Source: the human T2T-CHM13v2.0 reference genome, Homo sapiens
Direction: 5' to 3' (one strand)
DNA length: 64,000 nt
Assembly (NCBI RefSeq): GCF_009914755.1
Contig: NC_060940.1
Positions 14,701 through 27,759 of the stretch are shown here, piece by piece. A program made the translations under genes and the position numbers. The notes beneath the pieces were generated by a model. The model saw nothing but the letters and a program-made list of their open reading frames with translations, ran no database searches and had not been told where the DNA came from. Position 1 is the first letter of the stretch. Each line of letters begins with the position of its first letter.

Positions 14701-16034
14701 CATTTCTTTATCTTCTCTATTTTTAACCCCAATCAGTAGGCATTAGGTTAGGCTCAGGGTTTATAGTTAGGAAAAACCTGCTATCTGCTCCTCCTTCCAG
14801 TAGAGGCAAACACTTTGATAAGAAAACAGCCAGGCTAAGGGTTTATCCAGGATAAGCAAGGCTCCTCCAGCTTAAACACAGTATGGTTGGATCTGGTTGT
14901 TCCATAACCTGGTCAATATCTGAGTGTTGGCTCTTTCATTTGTTTTGAATATGGGACTCCATTTTTCAGAATTTTGTTTAAAGCAATAAGAAAAAAAAAG
15001 TAATAAAAGTGGTAGTGAGAAAATATATATACCCACTTCCCTCATGAAAAAATAATGTGACTCAGCATTCAGGTCACTGAATTAGAAAGCCCAATTTTTA
15101 TTCCCTGTTAAACTGCTTTCTGTTTTACCCTGTCTAGTTATCTGGCATATATTTCCATTTATGCTTGGGTTTGAAATTTGTTCTGATGTGGACACCAAGA
15201 TGCTGTCATTACTTTAATAAACAATTTTAGACAATCAATTTTATTCATTAAAATCATAAGGCCACAATATAATTTTGAAAAGAAATTTGCCAAATGCAGG
15301 AAATATATTCCAGGAAGTTGATGCTCTTCCCAGAGTGCACATCTTGTGACCTTTAACCCCAGTATCTTGGTAACCTGGTCTACATAAGTTTGTAGGACAT
15401 CTATTATTTAAAAAGTACAAGGACGAGCATATTACACACAGATCCTCCTCCTCCCAACACACACATTCATAACAGTATTTTAATCTGTCTCGAATCGACT
15501 TCAAACCCATTTTGCTCTTAATGGGAGTTATTCATTTTCACTTGAAAGGTAATACATGACGGCTGGATGTTTAATGTGATGGAATGGCTGCCGATTAACT
15601 AGGTGCTGCAACATTCTAGACCAGTTCCCCCATGGCCTACTTCCCATCTCCTGGCCCCGCTCAGACCTGATCCTATGGAACGTCGCGTTGCAGGTTTGAG
15701 ACCTTGCAGTGTGATGGGCCGCTCCTGAACACATCTACATTTGGAGTCCTTAATTAATGTTTCAGGAACTTAAGTTCCCTTGCCCCCAGAAACTTCCTTA
15801 TTCTCCATCATTTTGATTTTTGCTTAGTGGTTATCTTCTATATATTAACTCTTCAAATGCATTCTCAAGATGGGGTGGGTGAGGGCATCAAATAATACTT
15901 CCAGTGTTTATTTGTCACAGCCATTTCTTTACCTTCTCTATTGTGAACTCCAATCAGTAGGCATTAGGTTAGGCTCAGGGTATATATAGTTAGGAAAAAG
16001 CTGCTATCTGCTCCTCTTTCCAGTAGAGGCAAAC
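14701..16034. repeat. Dispersed direct duplication, ~112 bp x2 (14701-14811 and 15922-16034)
   Basis: Both copies read CATTTCTTTA...CAATCAGTAGGCATTAGGTTAGGCTCAGGGT...CCAGTAGAGGCAAAC; about 7 substitutions plus one 2-nt indel. Confidence 0.95.
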
Positions 16035-16936
16035 TAAGACATAGATTCTATTCCATACACCCATCCCCATCCTTTTGTTACTCTGCCTGACTAAAAACAA
16101 CACCTGTTTTACAGGACTGTGACTGCCTTGTAAATGCCCTCAATCTGCCTGCCCCCTACTATGGAATGAGTCAATTGTGCACTTGCTCAATAGTGTGGAT
16201 GAATGGGCACCGAGGCTGAGACCACCCGACTCATCTCACTCTCCCAGAGCTGAAAAGCAAACACAGTAACCCAGTGCAGCATTAGTTTCCTCATAGGACC
16301 AAAGAGTCCATCCTCTTCCTTGAATGCTGAACACATGATGAATTGTGGTGAGGTTGCAGAGGTGAGAATTCTGGTTTCAGAAGCCACTATTCTTTCCCCC
16401 TGCATGGAGAGGGGAACTTCTTTTTTTTTTTTTTTTCCAAACTCAAACTGCTCTGGAATTCTAAAGCTTCTTTTGTGAGCTTGAGCTAAGGACCCATTAT
16501 AAAGTGTTTTAAAAAATAAAATCACCAATTGCTCACTCATTTTTCTTTCTTCCCAGTGATACAACAGCCCTGCTTTAACATGAAATGCTGCATCCACTGG
16601 TGCACAAACTTCAGGTTCATCTAGTTTCTATCTAGGACAATCTGCACCTTTATTAGATCAAATCTGTCTAGAAGTGGATATTAGCCACCTGCAGCTCACT
16701 GGCCCCTTCTCTAAAGATAAAGCAATGCCATCCTTATAACAGATTCTATAAACACCCAGTTACAATCTCATTGTGTTTGCCTGAGTGATGTGGGGATGGC
16801 TCCTAAGAGTTAACTATGGCTGACACATGCCCCTCCCTTGCTTGACCTCAGACATTAAAATGTCAGTCCCTATCAAGACATCGTACCAAAGTCGTTACAC
16901 CATTTCTGTAGATGGGCAAACAGTTGTGCAAGTTCT

Positions 16937-17233
16937 GGCAAGGTGCAGTGGCTCACGCCTGTAATCCTAGCACTTTGGAAGGCTGAGGTGGGCAGATCGC
17001 TTGAGCCCAGGAGTTCAAGACCAGCCTAGGCAACATGGTGAAACCGCATCTCTACAAAAATTACAAAAATTAGCCAGGCGTGGTGGCAAGTGCTTATAGT
17101 CCTAGCTACTCAGGAGGCTGAGGTGGGAGTATCACCTGAGCCTGGGAGGTTGAGGCTGCGGTGAGCCATGATTGTGCCACTGCACCCCAGCCTGGGTGAC
17201 AGAGTGAGACTGTCTCAAAAAAAAAAAAAAAAA
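16937..17233 (+). mobile_element. AluJ (Jb-like)
   Basis: Dimeric Alu with A17 tail; AGTTGTGCAAGTTCT TSD on both sides. Confidence 0.94.
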
Positions 17234-17679
17234 GAGTTGTGCAAGTTCTCCATCAACATGCTATGCTGGATGAGGGTTTATCACAGACCACAGTCAGAGG
17301 TTCTCTCAAGTTTCTTCTCTCTGAACAGCTTCAAAAGGGCCAGAGTCTCAGAATCAATTTCTACTTCAGTTCTGTCACTAGCATACATCGTGGGCATAAG
17401 TAAATGAAGTTGTATGAATACCAAGAGAGAAAGTACTGTGGTTTCTCACTTTGAAGGCTTTTCTAAACTTAAACTCTAGAAGACATGTCACAATATACAA
17501 AACACTTTTAAAAATCAATTACTGGTCACTTTAAGCCTGCGATGATGTCACGTAAGTGAAATGGAAATACATGCACTCCAGAGACAAGACATAGTTTAGA
17601 CAATTGGTGTCTGGAACCTTTGGTTTACATCGGCAACAAAAAAACAAACAACTTGAAGCGTTAGTAACTCTAGTGGTTT

Positions 17680-17990
17680 GTACAATAATCACAAAATGAT
17701 TTGGAAACAATCTAGATATCTTACAATAGGGCATGGTATAAGTAAACAATGGCATGGCCATTCTACTGAGTATTAGAAGACATTAAAACTGATTGCTATG
17801 AAGCAATATGGAAAAATCATTGAGAATGCAAATCAGAAAAGAAGATAAAATGTGTATTATCCCATGTTACAGCTATGTAAAAAGTAGGTATTAGAAAAAA
17901 AGACTAGAAGAAAATGATCATTGCCTTTAGGTGATGACATCATGGAACACTTTAAGTTTTTCACATAGTCATTTTATTTTTAATATTACA
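17680..17990 (+). mobile_element. Old L1M 3' fragment
   Basis: TTGGAAACAATCTAGATATC...ATAAGTAAACAATGGCAT...ATGGAAAAATC resembles the L1M ORF2 end and 3' UTR. Confidence 0.55.
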
Positions 17991-20860
17991 GTTATCATTT
18001 AAGTTCAACTGTCCATGAAAAAGTTGGTATTGGCTCTATACTGTGCAAAACATCAGATGGTATTTTTTACTTTGCTGGTAAAAGCAAGTTCTCTCATTTT
18101 GGCAGTTATAAAATATGAAAATATGTGTTAAATCTCAGTGAATCTTCCATAGGCAACATGTTGGGCTCCTGGGATTTCAAAGGGGATAAAAATGTGGTAA
18201 GGAATCATGCGACTGAATGCGCTATAGATGACAAACTCTATAAAGCTAGGTAAATGGGATACTGTGACAACGAAATGCTGGGTCAAACTCCTACTCAAAC
18301 TTAACAGGACGTGAGCTATGGATTCCATGCCACACAGACTTTCCAGGGAGTGAGAAAGCACTTGCTCTGCTTGTTAGTGTTATGGTGGCCCTACCCAACG
18401 CGTGCTGATGAGGCACAGGAAAGACTAGCATGTCCCTGTTATGGAGTTCAGAAAATTCAAAAGTCAGCTCTCTGGGCCAACAGCCACCACTTCTCCTCAT
18501 TCTGTGATGAGTTGGCCAACTAAAACTCACAAAGACAAATACTGAGAGAAACAAACCTGTTCATGATTGTCTATTTTATCCTCTTAGGCTCCTCTGCATT
18601 CTAGGCAAAAGAATTTCATTTCAAAGGGAAGCACAGTTGTCAATACATGGCTCCCTTAGGGGGAAAATCATTTATGCATGGAGACACCAACTTCCAGATA
18701 TCCTTTGATTTTATCATATTTGTTTTAGAAGTATTAAACCTCTAAAAATAATTACTTTAAAAGTTACCCCTCTACTCATGTTAGTTAGAGGGAATAGGGA
18801 AGAGAGCTGATAAGCATTCATGCAAAGTTTTGTTTGGAATTTGCAAGAAATGGTTTTATTACGTTGTAAGCATATAGAATAATGAAAATATGGCTAGCAA
18901 AACTTTGTGTAGGAAGTGACTTACTTTAAGGAACAGTATCACTTAGAAAACTTGTCAAGTGGACAAAGATGGTAGAAGCACAGCCTTTCAACATTCACAG
19001 TCCCTTATAACTTCATCTGATAAAACCATTCTTGCTAGAACAAATTCTCATGTGATCCCAATCTTTGCTAACAAATTCGACATCCGAATCACTGAAATTC
19101 TGGCCACAGAAAACTTAAGAGTTGTGCTTGCAATCCCAGTGGACTTAATGCCAACACAGGCTTCATTTCTCATCTAGTAACTCTGTACAACTCTGAAGCC
19201 AAGTAAGGCGTGGAGTTGCTGCTTCATCAAAGATAAGCCTGAAGAAAAACTGGAAATGAAGTAAAACATGGAACCTTAAGGTCCCTCATTTTCAAGATAT
19301 CCACTTGCCCTCCAAGAAAACCAACATACTGGTAGAATTAGTTTCTGTGTTTCCTAAGCAAAATTCATCTTCTCATCACTAAACACACCAGTGCGCTGTT
19401 GGCATGGCTGCATCCTACGATGCAGACCATTCTCCCTCTGGCCAGAGGCCTCCCTCCCTTGGGGAGATCCTGGGCAGGCATTAAGCTGTCCACGTTACTG
19501 GGAAGTTTCTTTTGCATCTCTTCATGGTGGAGTGACTCCTGGAGGTGGTAATCACCGAAGTGCTGATCCTCTTCCTTTTTGGCGTCCTGAGGTGAGCCCA
19601 CTGAGGGTCTGGGATGCTGCCTGACACTTGAACCTTGTGGGGAATCCAAAGGCAGCCACCACCCCCACCTCTCAACCATCAGACTCTTAGCTAAAAAGTA
19701 CCACTGACAGCCCCTCCATCTAAATTTCCATCTCCCAAACCAGCAACATAATGGAGGAGCCAATTAAATGATTATTAATTCATGCTACTTTCCGTAAGCC
19801 AGAGGTTCTCATCGCCTTACATTCCGTAAACCAGCTTGCCACCTGCCCCAGAAATTTACAGCAATCTTTTCTCTATCTCCGTTGACTAGCGAAAAAAGAA
19901 ATTCACATAGCTCCATACTTAATGTCTGAGTTGGGATAACTATTCCAACACACAAGACACAGATGTATCACCAGATCTGAAAATGGTCCTTCAGCTCATA
20001 ATTATAATTAAATGGAAGGTGAAATGTGTGTTTCCCATAGCTCCTCTCTCTCAGCTTCTCATACCTCATGCTCCCACTAGACAGCAGAAATGCAATGTTT
20101 CCAGAGGGTCATCTGTGCTTTTGGATTTTGTGATCTGACTTTCATTGAAAGTAGAGTTACTCTTGGCATTTGCTTGCAATTCCTTCCCCAGAGGACAGGC
20201 TGGGCTTTCTTACTTGAATCTCCTGTGGAGCTACTGCACTTGATAAGTGGCCAAAGATCTAGCTAAATTTTCTTCCTCCCCCCAATAGAGAGAACAACAG
20301 TTCCTTTAAAGAATCTGCTTTCCTGCCAACTTGGTCTTTAAACATGCATGGTCTCATTCTGCCTCCAACCAAGCACTTAGAGATGTTTCCAAGAGGAATA
20401 GGGGAAGAGGGGAAGGGGATTTGTGTGAAGCAGATGCACGCACATGTTCACTCAGCAGGGGGCGGTCTTCAGGCCACAGCTAAAAAGAAACTGAGGCTTC
20501 TCTCTTCCCTAATCAAAGAAGCAGAATCTGTCTCAACATCCAGCCTGGTGAAGTTAAGAACCTTCTATTCAAAACACAGTCTTATTCTAAGGAAATGCAA
20601 GCTATCTCGCTCCCGTATATCCCTAGAAAACACCTACCCCTAAAAGTAGAATATGCTTACAAAGGTATGGCAAGACACAGAGGTTCTATCAACTTCACAG
20701 GCCTTTTGTTTCTAAAAAGGGTTTCAAAGAAAATTTGATTTATACTACACATAGGTATAAGAGTTACTCAGGGAAAGGCTATTTTTCTTCTCCAACTTAA
20801 ATATGAACAAAATAGGTCAGCACTTTAAAAATCCAGCAGCTCTTAGTTGTTATTATTACG

Positions 20861-20946
20861 ATTTTACTTTTTGTTTGGAAATAATTATAGCTTCACAGGA
20901 AGTCTCAAGAACAGCATAGAGAGGACCCATGTACACTTCACCCAGG
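20861..20946 (-). mobile_element. L1MC/L1MB-type 3' end fragment
   Basis: TTTGGAAATAATTATAGCTTCACAGGAAGT...AGAGAGGACCCATGTACACTTCACCCAG is a typical L1M 3' terminus. Confidence 0.65.
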
Positions 20947-21240
20947 TGTTACTTATTAAGCAGTTTAGATAAAGATTTCCAGGTCTTCCATCACTCTTCA
21001 TCGTGACCCTGCCTCTCCGGCTCCCTCCCTCCCTCCCTCTCCCCCACCCCCAATCTTGCTTACATCTACCAAGACTTAGGGCCCTATGCCTGTCATACAC
21101 CTTCCCTGTCCTTTAGGAAAGCTCCATGCCTCCCTAACCCAGCAAGGGCTCAGGACTTACTGTCTAGTTAAGAAGTCGATCTCAAAACCTCACGCTTGTC
21201 ACTGAGATCGCAGCCTTGAGGTTCAGCAAATGCCAGAATG

Positions 21241-21390
21241 TGTCAGACTCCCGGGCAGGGCTCATTAAAACACAGATCACAGCCCCTGCCCTAAGGTTCT
21301 GATTCAGTAGGTCTGAGTCAGATAATGTACATTTCCAGTAAGTTCCCAAGTAATGCTGATGGTCCAGGGACGACACTTTGAGAACAGTGG
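21241..21390 (+). mobile_element. MER5A (hAT-Charlie MITE)
   Basis: TTAAAACACAGAT...TTCTGATTCAGTAGGTCTG...AAGTTCCCAAGTAATGCTGAT...ACACTTTGAGAACAGTG. Confidence 0.85.
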
Positions 21391-23469
21391 TCAGAGCCAA
21401 GGCTTTGTGTAATAGGTAGGAACCACGCTGCTTTGTGGTCTAACTAGAAATAAATGAGAGGGCCCAGCAAGCATGGGCCAATCTGTCAGTCCACTTTAAA
21501 TGGCTCTGATGACATGATACTCTCATCTAAACTCAGGGATGACAGCCAGGTTTGGTCTCATAGCCTAGATGTTTTAAAACACCCTCAGGCCACCTGCTTA
21601 CTCTAAAACAAATGCAGACACCTTCAAAACCAGAAATTCAGAAGGAATAAGCTCCATGTGTTCTGTTAGCGTAATCCAGAATAAGGACAGACTTCCTTGT
21701 TTACAGAAATCTCTTTCTTTCCACATGTCCTGTCCTGGAGAGCCTCTGTGAAAAGAGGGCAAATACCTGTGGGCTCCTTCCACCTTGCAGAAAGAGGAAG
21801 CGTCTTTTTAGTGCTGGCTTCCCTCGGTCAGGCACCTGCAGGCCTCAGCAGCTGAAGGCCCTCTTTGCTTCAGCCCTGGAAGCATGCACAGATCTATGCT
21901 AGCCCCCATTTGCACAAGTCAGCAATCTGGGAATGGGGGTTCAGGCACCATTCTGTGGGGCCTCTGCTTTCTCTGCAGGAAGCAGCCTCTCTGGCAGGCT
22001 CTGGAAGCCTCAAGGTGGGATGGTGGGCACACGCTGACCGGTGGGTGCTGCTGCTTGCTCTGCGTATTTTGGGAGAAAAATAGTGCTAAGCCCTACATCA
22101 GAGACATCAATCTGTTGCACTAATTCCTTGCTGAAGTATGCATAAGGCTGCTTAACCACACTGATTTGAGTTCCCAAAAGGCCATTCCACATTTCAATTT
22201 CAAGACACCTTGCTCCCTCTGTGTCAGGTTTGCAAATGAACCACCAGTCAAAACAGAGCCACCACCTGGTTTAGACCAACATCAGCTGTTGGTCTGTTTA
22301 ATAAATTATAGGCACTGGACTGCCACCGTGAGCCCGGCTCATGCCAGGATTTGGAGGCCTGCTAAATATTCCTGATTTTGATTTTGACCTGATTCCTGAC
22401 TTTGAGGTACTGAGTCAACCTGCCTGTCTTTGGCCTCTTGTTGGTTCCCCCAAAATATGCTGTCTTCCCCTGGCATAGCTTACTGCAGCTATGGCCATGG
22501 TATCTTGTGAGGATGGGTGGCCACAGTCCAGGGACACACTAGGGGGTCTGCACTTATTACGCTTCCCTGTGGCTTTATTACAGGACTGTGAAGACAACCA
22601 GAGTGGGAAGGAACCTCAGAAACCTTTGGACCAACAGAGGAAAAAGCCCAGAGGTGCAGGACATAGATCAAAACCAGTCGCATGCGAGTCATTCTAGGAT
22701 CCGGCCAAAGTTAATTAACAGAGGGCCATTCAGTCTCCACCGAGTCAAACAATAATTAGGTTAGTTAGGGTCTTTGAGCCCCAACACAGTCTAGACTCTG
22801 AGACACTGCAATATAACAATATTCTTCTGGTTTCTTCTCCATTCCAAATCTATCTTCCTAAAATACTAAATTTTAAGAGTGAAAGTGAACTTGTGAACAT
22901 AAACAGGTAAAATGTGGGTGTGTGTCCAGAATGGTGACAGACAGGGAGAACTGCTGAATATAACTTATCAGAACCTTACAAACTGGCCTTCCCTCATGAT
23001 CCACCTAGGGTTTCTTTTTACTAGTCAGGTTCCACAGGAAAATGTGAGAACTTATACTTAGGGAAGAAAGACATTACTCAGGTCCCTGCAAGGCTGGAAA
23101 ATGGGAATGATTCTCCACTTTCCCCTCCAGATTTAAGCACTACAAAGACTGTCAACATCTCTTGGCATTTTGTACAGTACAGAGAGATAGACACCCTACA
23201 TTGTGTAATGTTTATATTTAATATCAGTGCTGCTTTCCGTCTCCATTGAGTTCCCACATTCAGCTCACTCACAGCGCTCCAAAGGCCTAGGATAAGTGAC
23301 CTGTGTGAAGACATGGGGAGGCGGTTCTGGAGCACCTTCAGGTACTCCTCAGGAACTGATGTTTTTTCACTTGTTGTTTGCCTAAGGCCAAGTTCTCTTT
23401 ACCCGAAGGCATCATTCAGCCCCCCTTGCTAGGTAATAAAGCACAATATTTTGTAGCGCTGGTCACAGT

Positions 23470-23650
23470 TGGTTCACATCCTGGCTGTGTGACCTCGAGC
23501 ATCCTATCTGACTACACTGAGCTTTCTGTTTCCTCATCTGTCAATGGGATAACACTGTCTACACATGGTTTCTGTGCCGCTAGCCAGAGATCAGGCATAT
23601 GATGCCTACCACAGAGTCTGGCACATAGTGAAAGCGCAAACATTTGTTGC
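23470..23650 (+). mobile_element. MIR
   Basis: GGTTCACATCCTGGCTGTGTGACCTCGAGCA...TGTTTCCTCATCTGTCAATGGGATAA...TGGCACATAGT. Confidence 0.75.
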
Positions 23651-23745
23651 TATGGTTTCTTTTTTAGAAGGATTGGGAAATAATACTGCTGGGGCTATAA
23701 AACCATAGAACGAGGGGAGAAACTTGTTTATTTTTTTGTTTTTAT

Positions 23746-23803
23746 GGGCTTTCCAATGAAGAGCGGAAAGCCTGCTAGACAAATTCTAAAAGCTGTAACA
23801 CTG
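23746..23803 (-). pseudogene. Retroposed U7 snRNA pseudogene
   Basis: Minus strand reads CAGTGTTACAGCTTTTAGAATTTGTCTAGCAGGCTTTCCGCTCTTCATTGGAAAGCCC: U7 5' end, U7 Sm site AATTTGTCTAG and 3' hairpin, followed by an A-rich tail and CAAGTTT TSD. It may be the annotated RNU7-90P (recalled, not verified). Confidence 0.93.
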
Positions 23804-25579
23804 AAACTTGGTTTTTAAGACAAGCAAAGACACCTTAAATTTGTCTTTTCTCTATACCAGGATGAAACAATCCTATTAACCCATGGATTTAATGTCTACA
23901 AAGCAGAAAGTAGAATAACTTGGACTTAAAGGTACTTATGTCATGCTATTTTACCAATTGATTGTTAACGAAACATCTAAACAGTATTAAGCACTTGCTA
24001 GGTGCTGGGGATTACAAAAATCAATGGTTGCCACATAGCTCCTAACCATAAACAGCTGACAAACTCTATCTGACAACAAGAGAAGCATAGAATTTAAGTT
24101 CTCCTCCTCCAACCTTCCTAAAAGTAGAGAAAGTGATAATGTTACATGTTCTTTGGCTTTATAATGTAGAAAATATATCTGACTCAGAAGGCAAATTGGG
24201 ATTTGACTGCAACTCTGACACCCGAGTTCCCAATCTGTGAGGCTTAGTTCTCGAGGCTGCAAAACGAAGGTAGCATTGGACCCAAGAAGAATATGAGAAC
24301 CTAATGAACGTGCTCTAATATCCCCCATGGAAAGGCACAATGGTATTTTTTTTAAATAATCATGATTATAATAACAGAGGTACTTTACAATTGGCACAAA
24401 AGTTAAAGCTGGAACAAAGCAGGCAAGATTAACATGGCCACTCTGTAAGAATAATATGCAAATCTATAAGGTATTTTCTATAGTGATGAACAATGATTTG
24501 CTCCTTAATCTACATTTTCACTGCCCTTTATCTATACCTTGATGATAGTTCTCATTATACTGTGTCATAATTGTGATTACATATGACAACACTTCTAGAA
24601 AGTGAGTTTTTTTTTTTTTTTTTTTTTGCATGTCCTGTACCTGCCTTAGATATGTGTGCAAGAAAATATTTGTTCAACTGATGTGGTCCCTATCTCTCTT
24701 ATGACTTACAACATAAATTCTCAAAGCCAAGACCTTTGAATTAACTGGAATTTGGGCAAGTCCAGATATACACCACAGCCTGTATCTATTTTGGCTTCCC
24801 AACATAAAAATAGTTCATGATTTGTTTTCAATTGTGAGACAGAATTCCGCCTGCAGTGACTTTAAGCAGCCAAGTATACTGAAAGTGGCCTGGAAAAAAA
24901 AGAGTGGGGAGTGAGAGAAGGGGGCACAAGCTGACTCTGGAAAAGGTGACACAGTCACACAATTCCAATCTACGTGTGAAAACATAAAACCAAAAATGGT
25001 TTCCATTGGCAGGACCATGAACCACAAAGGGGCCACGCAAAATGGGCTCCCAGTATTCCCTCACATGCATCCTACTGCAAAGACAAATTTACTTTTGGGT
25101 GAGGTGGAGAAATGAAACCAAGTACCAGAAAGATACAGAGTTAGGCCAAAATGATTTTTGTAGAGGTATGGTGGTGGTGTTGAATGGCCTGGTTTCTAGT
25201 CAACAACAGGGTTGGGATATGAGTGGCCACTCAAAGGCACCCATGTGAGTCTCCAAGGACTCCTCTGTTGATGTCCTCATCACACTGCCTCTGACAACAC
25301 AGTGTGTCTGTCCCAAGAACACAGAACTAGGTAAGGGCATATGGTGCTCAGACATTCCATCAAGAAAAGTAGCCTTGGTGCTGCCTGACCTCCATTGAGA
25401 AAGCCTTGAGCCTTTTATCCAGGGTATATTAACTAGCCACAGACAAGAGAAATCTGGGAAAGTTATTAGCATTCCAACTTTAGTAATTAATATGCTCCAA
25501 GATTCTATAATGCTCTACAACTGTCCCTACCCAAGTCATAATTTATGAAGCTCCAGAATTGTTAATAACCCATTTGGTC

Positions 25580-25700
25580 CAACCTGCCACTTTACAGATT
25601 TGGAAACTGAGGTCCAGAGACCTCAGGTCACGCAGGTGAACTTAGTGGCGGAATTAGGCCTTGAACCCAGGGCTTCTGACTCCTACGAGTCCTGTATTTT
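25580..25700 (-). mobile_element. MIR fragment
   Basis: TTTACAGATTTGGAAACTGAGGTCCAGAGA...GGTCACGCAG...TTGAACCCAGG...CTGACTCC. Confidence 0.75.
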
Positions 25701-27573
25701 TCCTAACACGTTTCCTCTCAGCACATACCTTCTTTTGTCCTTAGAGACTCAATTTGGAAAAACGAAAAAAAAAGTATTTTTTCAGCCCCTTTCCATTCTT
25801 TGTCACAGATTATATTTCAGGCACTAAGTTCCCCATACAAAGGCATCTCTATTTATACAAAGCTGTAAACAACAGGGAAAACAGGGGGAGGGCTGGTAAT
25901 AGATTTGCACCAGGATGTGCCTGACCTGCTTTTTTTCAACCTCAGTAATTAGAAAGGCAGCAGGTCTGTAGGAATTATTCATATGCAGCAGGAGCCATAC
26001 GCTATACATTTATGTTAAACATGTCAAATCCGATTGGAATCATGCCTGCCAGCACCATATTCCATAAACGTACTTTTCCCTAACAGTCACCCAGACCTTG
26101 CCAGCCCATTAATACTTCCTTTAATAGCAATCTTCTATAGATTCAAATCAGGGACGCTCCACTGCACTAATTGCTGTGTTAGGTGAGCATCATAGATTTA
26201 AAAAAATTAATAAAGTAAAATCCCTTCAGGCCAATCCTTTAGAAAAATGAAAACACTCAAACTACCATTCTAACTCAAAAATTTACAAAAATATGAACGT
26301 CAGGGATTTTTGAAGCATTATTGTGGTGTCATTTCAAGTTGAGCTATTTCCCTGCTTCCCCTCCAACCCGCATTTTTCAAAAGCACCAATACCCTCTGGT
26401 CATCTCGTCCCAAATTACCTTAACTAGACTCAGCCTGGTACTCTGTGGCTGGAAACCATGACGACTACAGGAATTAAATAACCATCTTGCTATGATTCTT
26501 TGCCAAGAGTTCAATTTTTCCCCTAATTATTGGTGATAAAGCATCACATTAATTGTATATCACTTAACTTATTGCAAATAATGATTAATTGGATAATCAC
26601 TGCATTAATCATTGCTCAGTTGCTGACACGGGGGGCTCTTCATTCGAGAATACACACATTCAAATCTATTCTGGTAAAAGAGAACAAGGGTCATTTTCAT
26701 GTTTCAAAAGAGAAAACCACAAAGTTGGACAGTGGCAATGGCTGTGCATTAGGGAAGAGAACAAAGAACCTTCCTGTACCCTTCACTGGCCCACAGGAGT
26801 ACATCACACTTTCCTTGACAAGATGTGCCCGCAAGGGCCTGTTCATGTGCTACCACTCACCCTCTTGGAACTCTCAGGCGGTTGGGACTAGTGGATATCC
26901 CCTGTCCATGTTTCACAGAGGAGGTACCTGAGCCGAAAGAGGCCAAGTGCCTCAATCAAGGTCATCTGCTGGCTGGTGGGCTTCCTGACTCCAAATCTAG
27001 AGTCTTTCCACATCACCATCCCGCTTTCAGACTGAGCACAACGCCAGCTCCTTACAAGACATATATCCATGGTTGATAATCCAGTTCATTTTGAACATCC
27101 TGGTGGTTATCGTGTTACTATGATCACTGTACAATGTCAGGAGACTGCTACTCCTTATACTTAGACATAGATGAAAACTAGATCTAATGATCAAACTGAA
27201 AATGATCCTTCTCTGAGAGATGGTATATTGGTAAGAGCTTGGGCTCTGTCCTAAGTTAGAATAAGTGCAAAAGCCAGTGTGTAAATCTGAACCTGTCTGT
27301 ATACCTTTTGGCGATGTGCTAGAGATTCTTACCTTCCTTTTTTTCACATCATGGCACACACAGAAAATGATGGCAAATTGGGATAAACAGATGAAGCAGG
27401 ACCTGTGTACCTGTGAGCAATTCATGGCATGCCTGCTGGGAAGGACAGGTGTGAAGCTCTAGAATGGTGCCTGGCACAGGGTTAGAGCTTTATGCAGCCG
27501 TTATAATTACCAGAAAGTTGCTGTACCTATGATGCATTCTTTCAGGGTTAGTTTTGTTCCTTTGGGGTATCTA

Positions 27574-27759
27574 TAGCTGCACATGTGGCTACTTAAATCT
27601 AAATTCATTAAAATTAAATACAATTTAAAGTTCAATTCCTCAGTGGTACCAGCCACACTTTGCAGGCTCAATAGCCATATGTGGTAAATGACTATGGTAT
27701 TGTTCAGTTCAGATGCAGAACATTTCTATCCATACCAAAAGTTCCATTCGACAGCACTG
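27574..27759 (-). mobile_element. MER3 (hAT-Charlie MITE)
   Basis: CACATGTGGCTAC, AT-rich centre, TCAATAGCCATATGTGG, and end AAAGTTCCATTCGACAGCACTG match MER3 in reverse. Confidence 0.8.
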
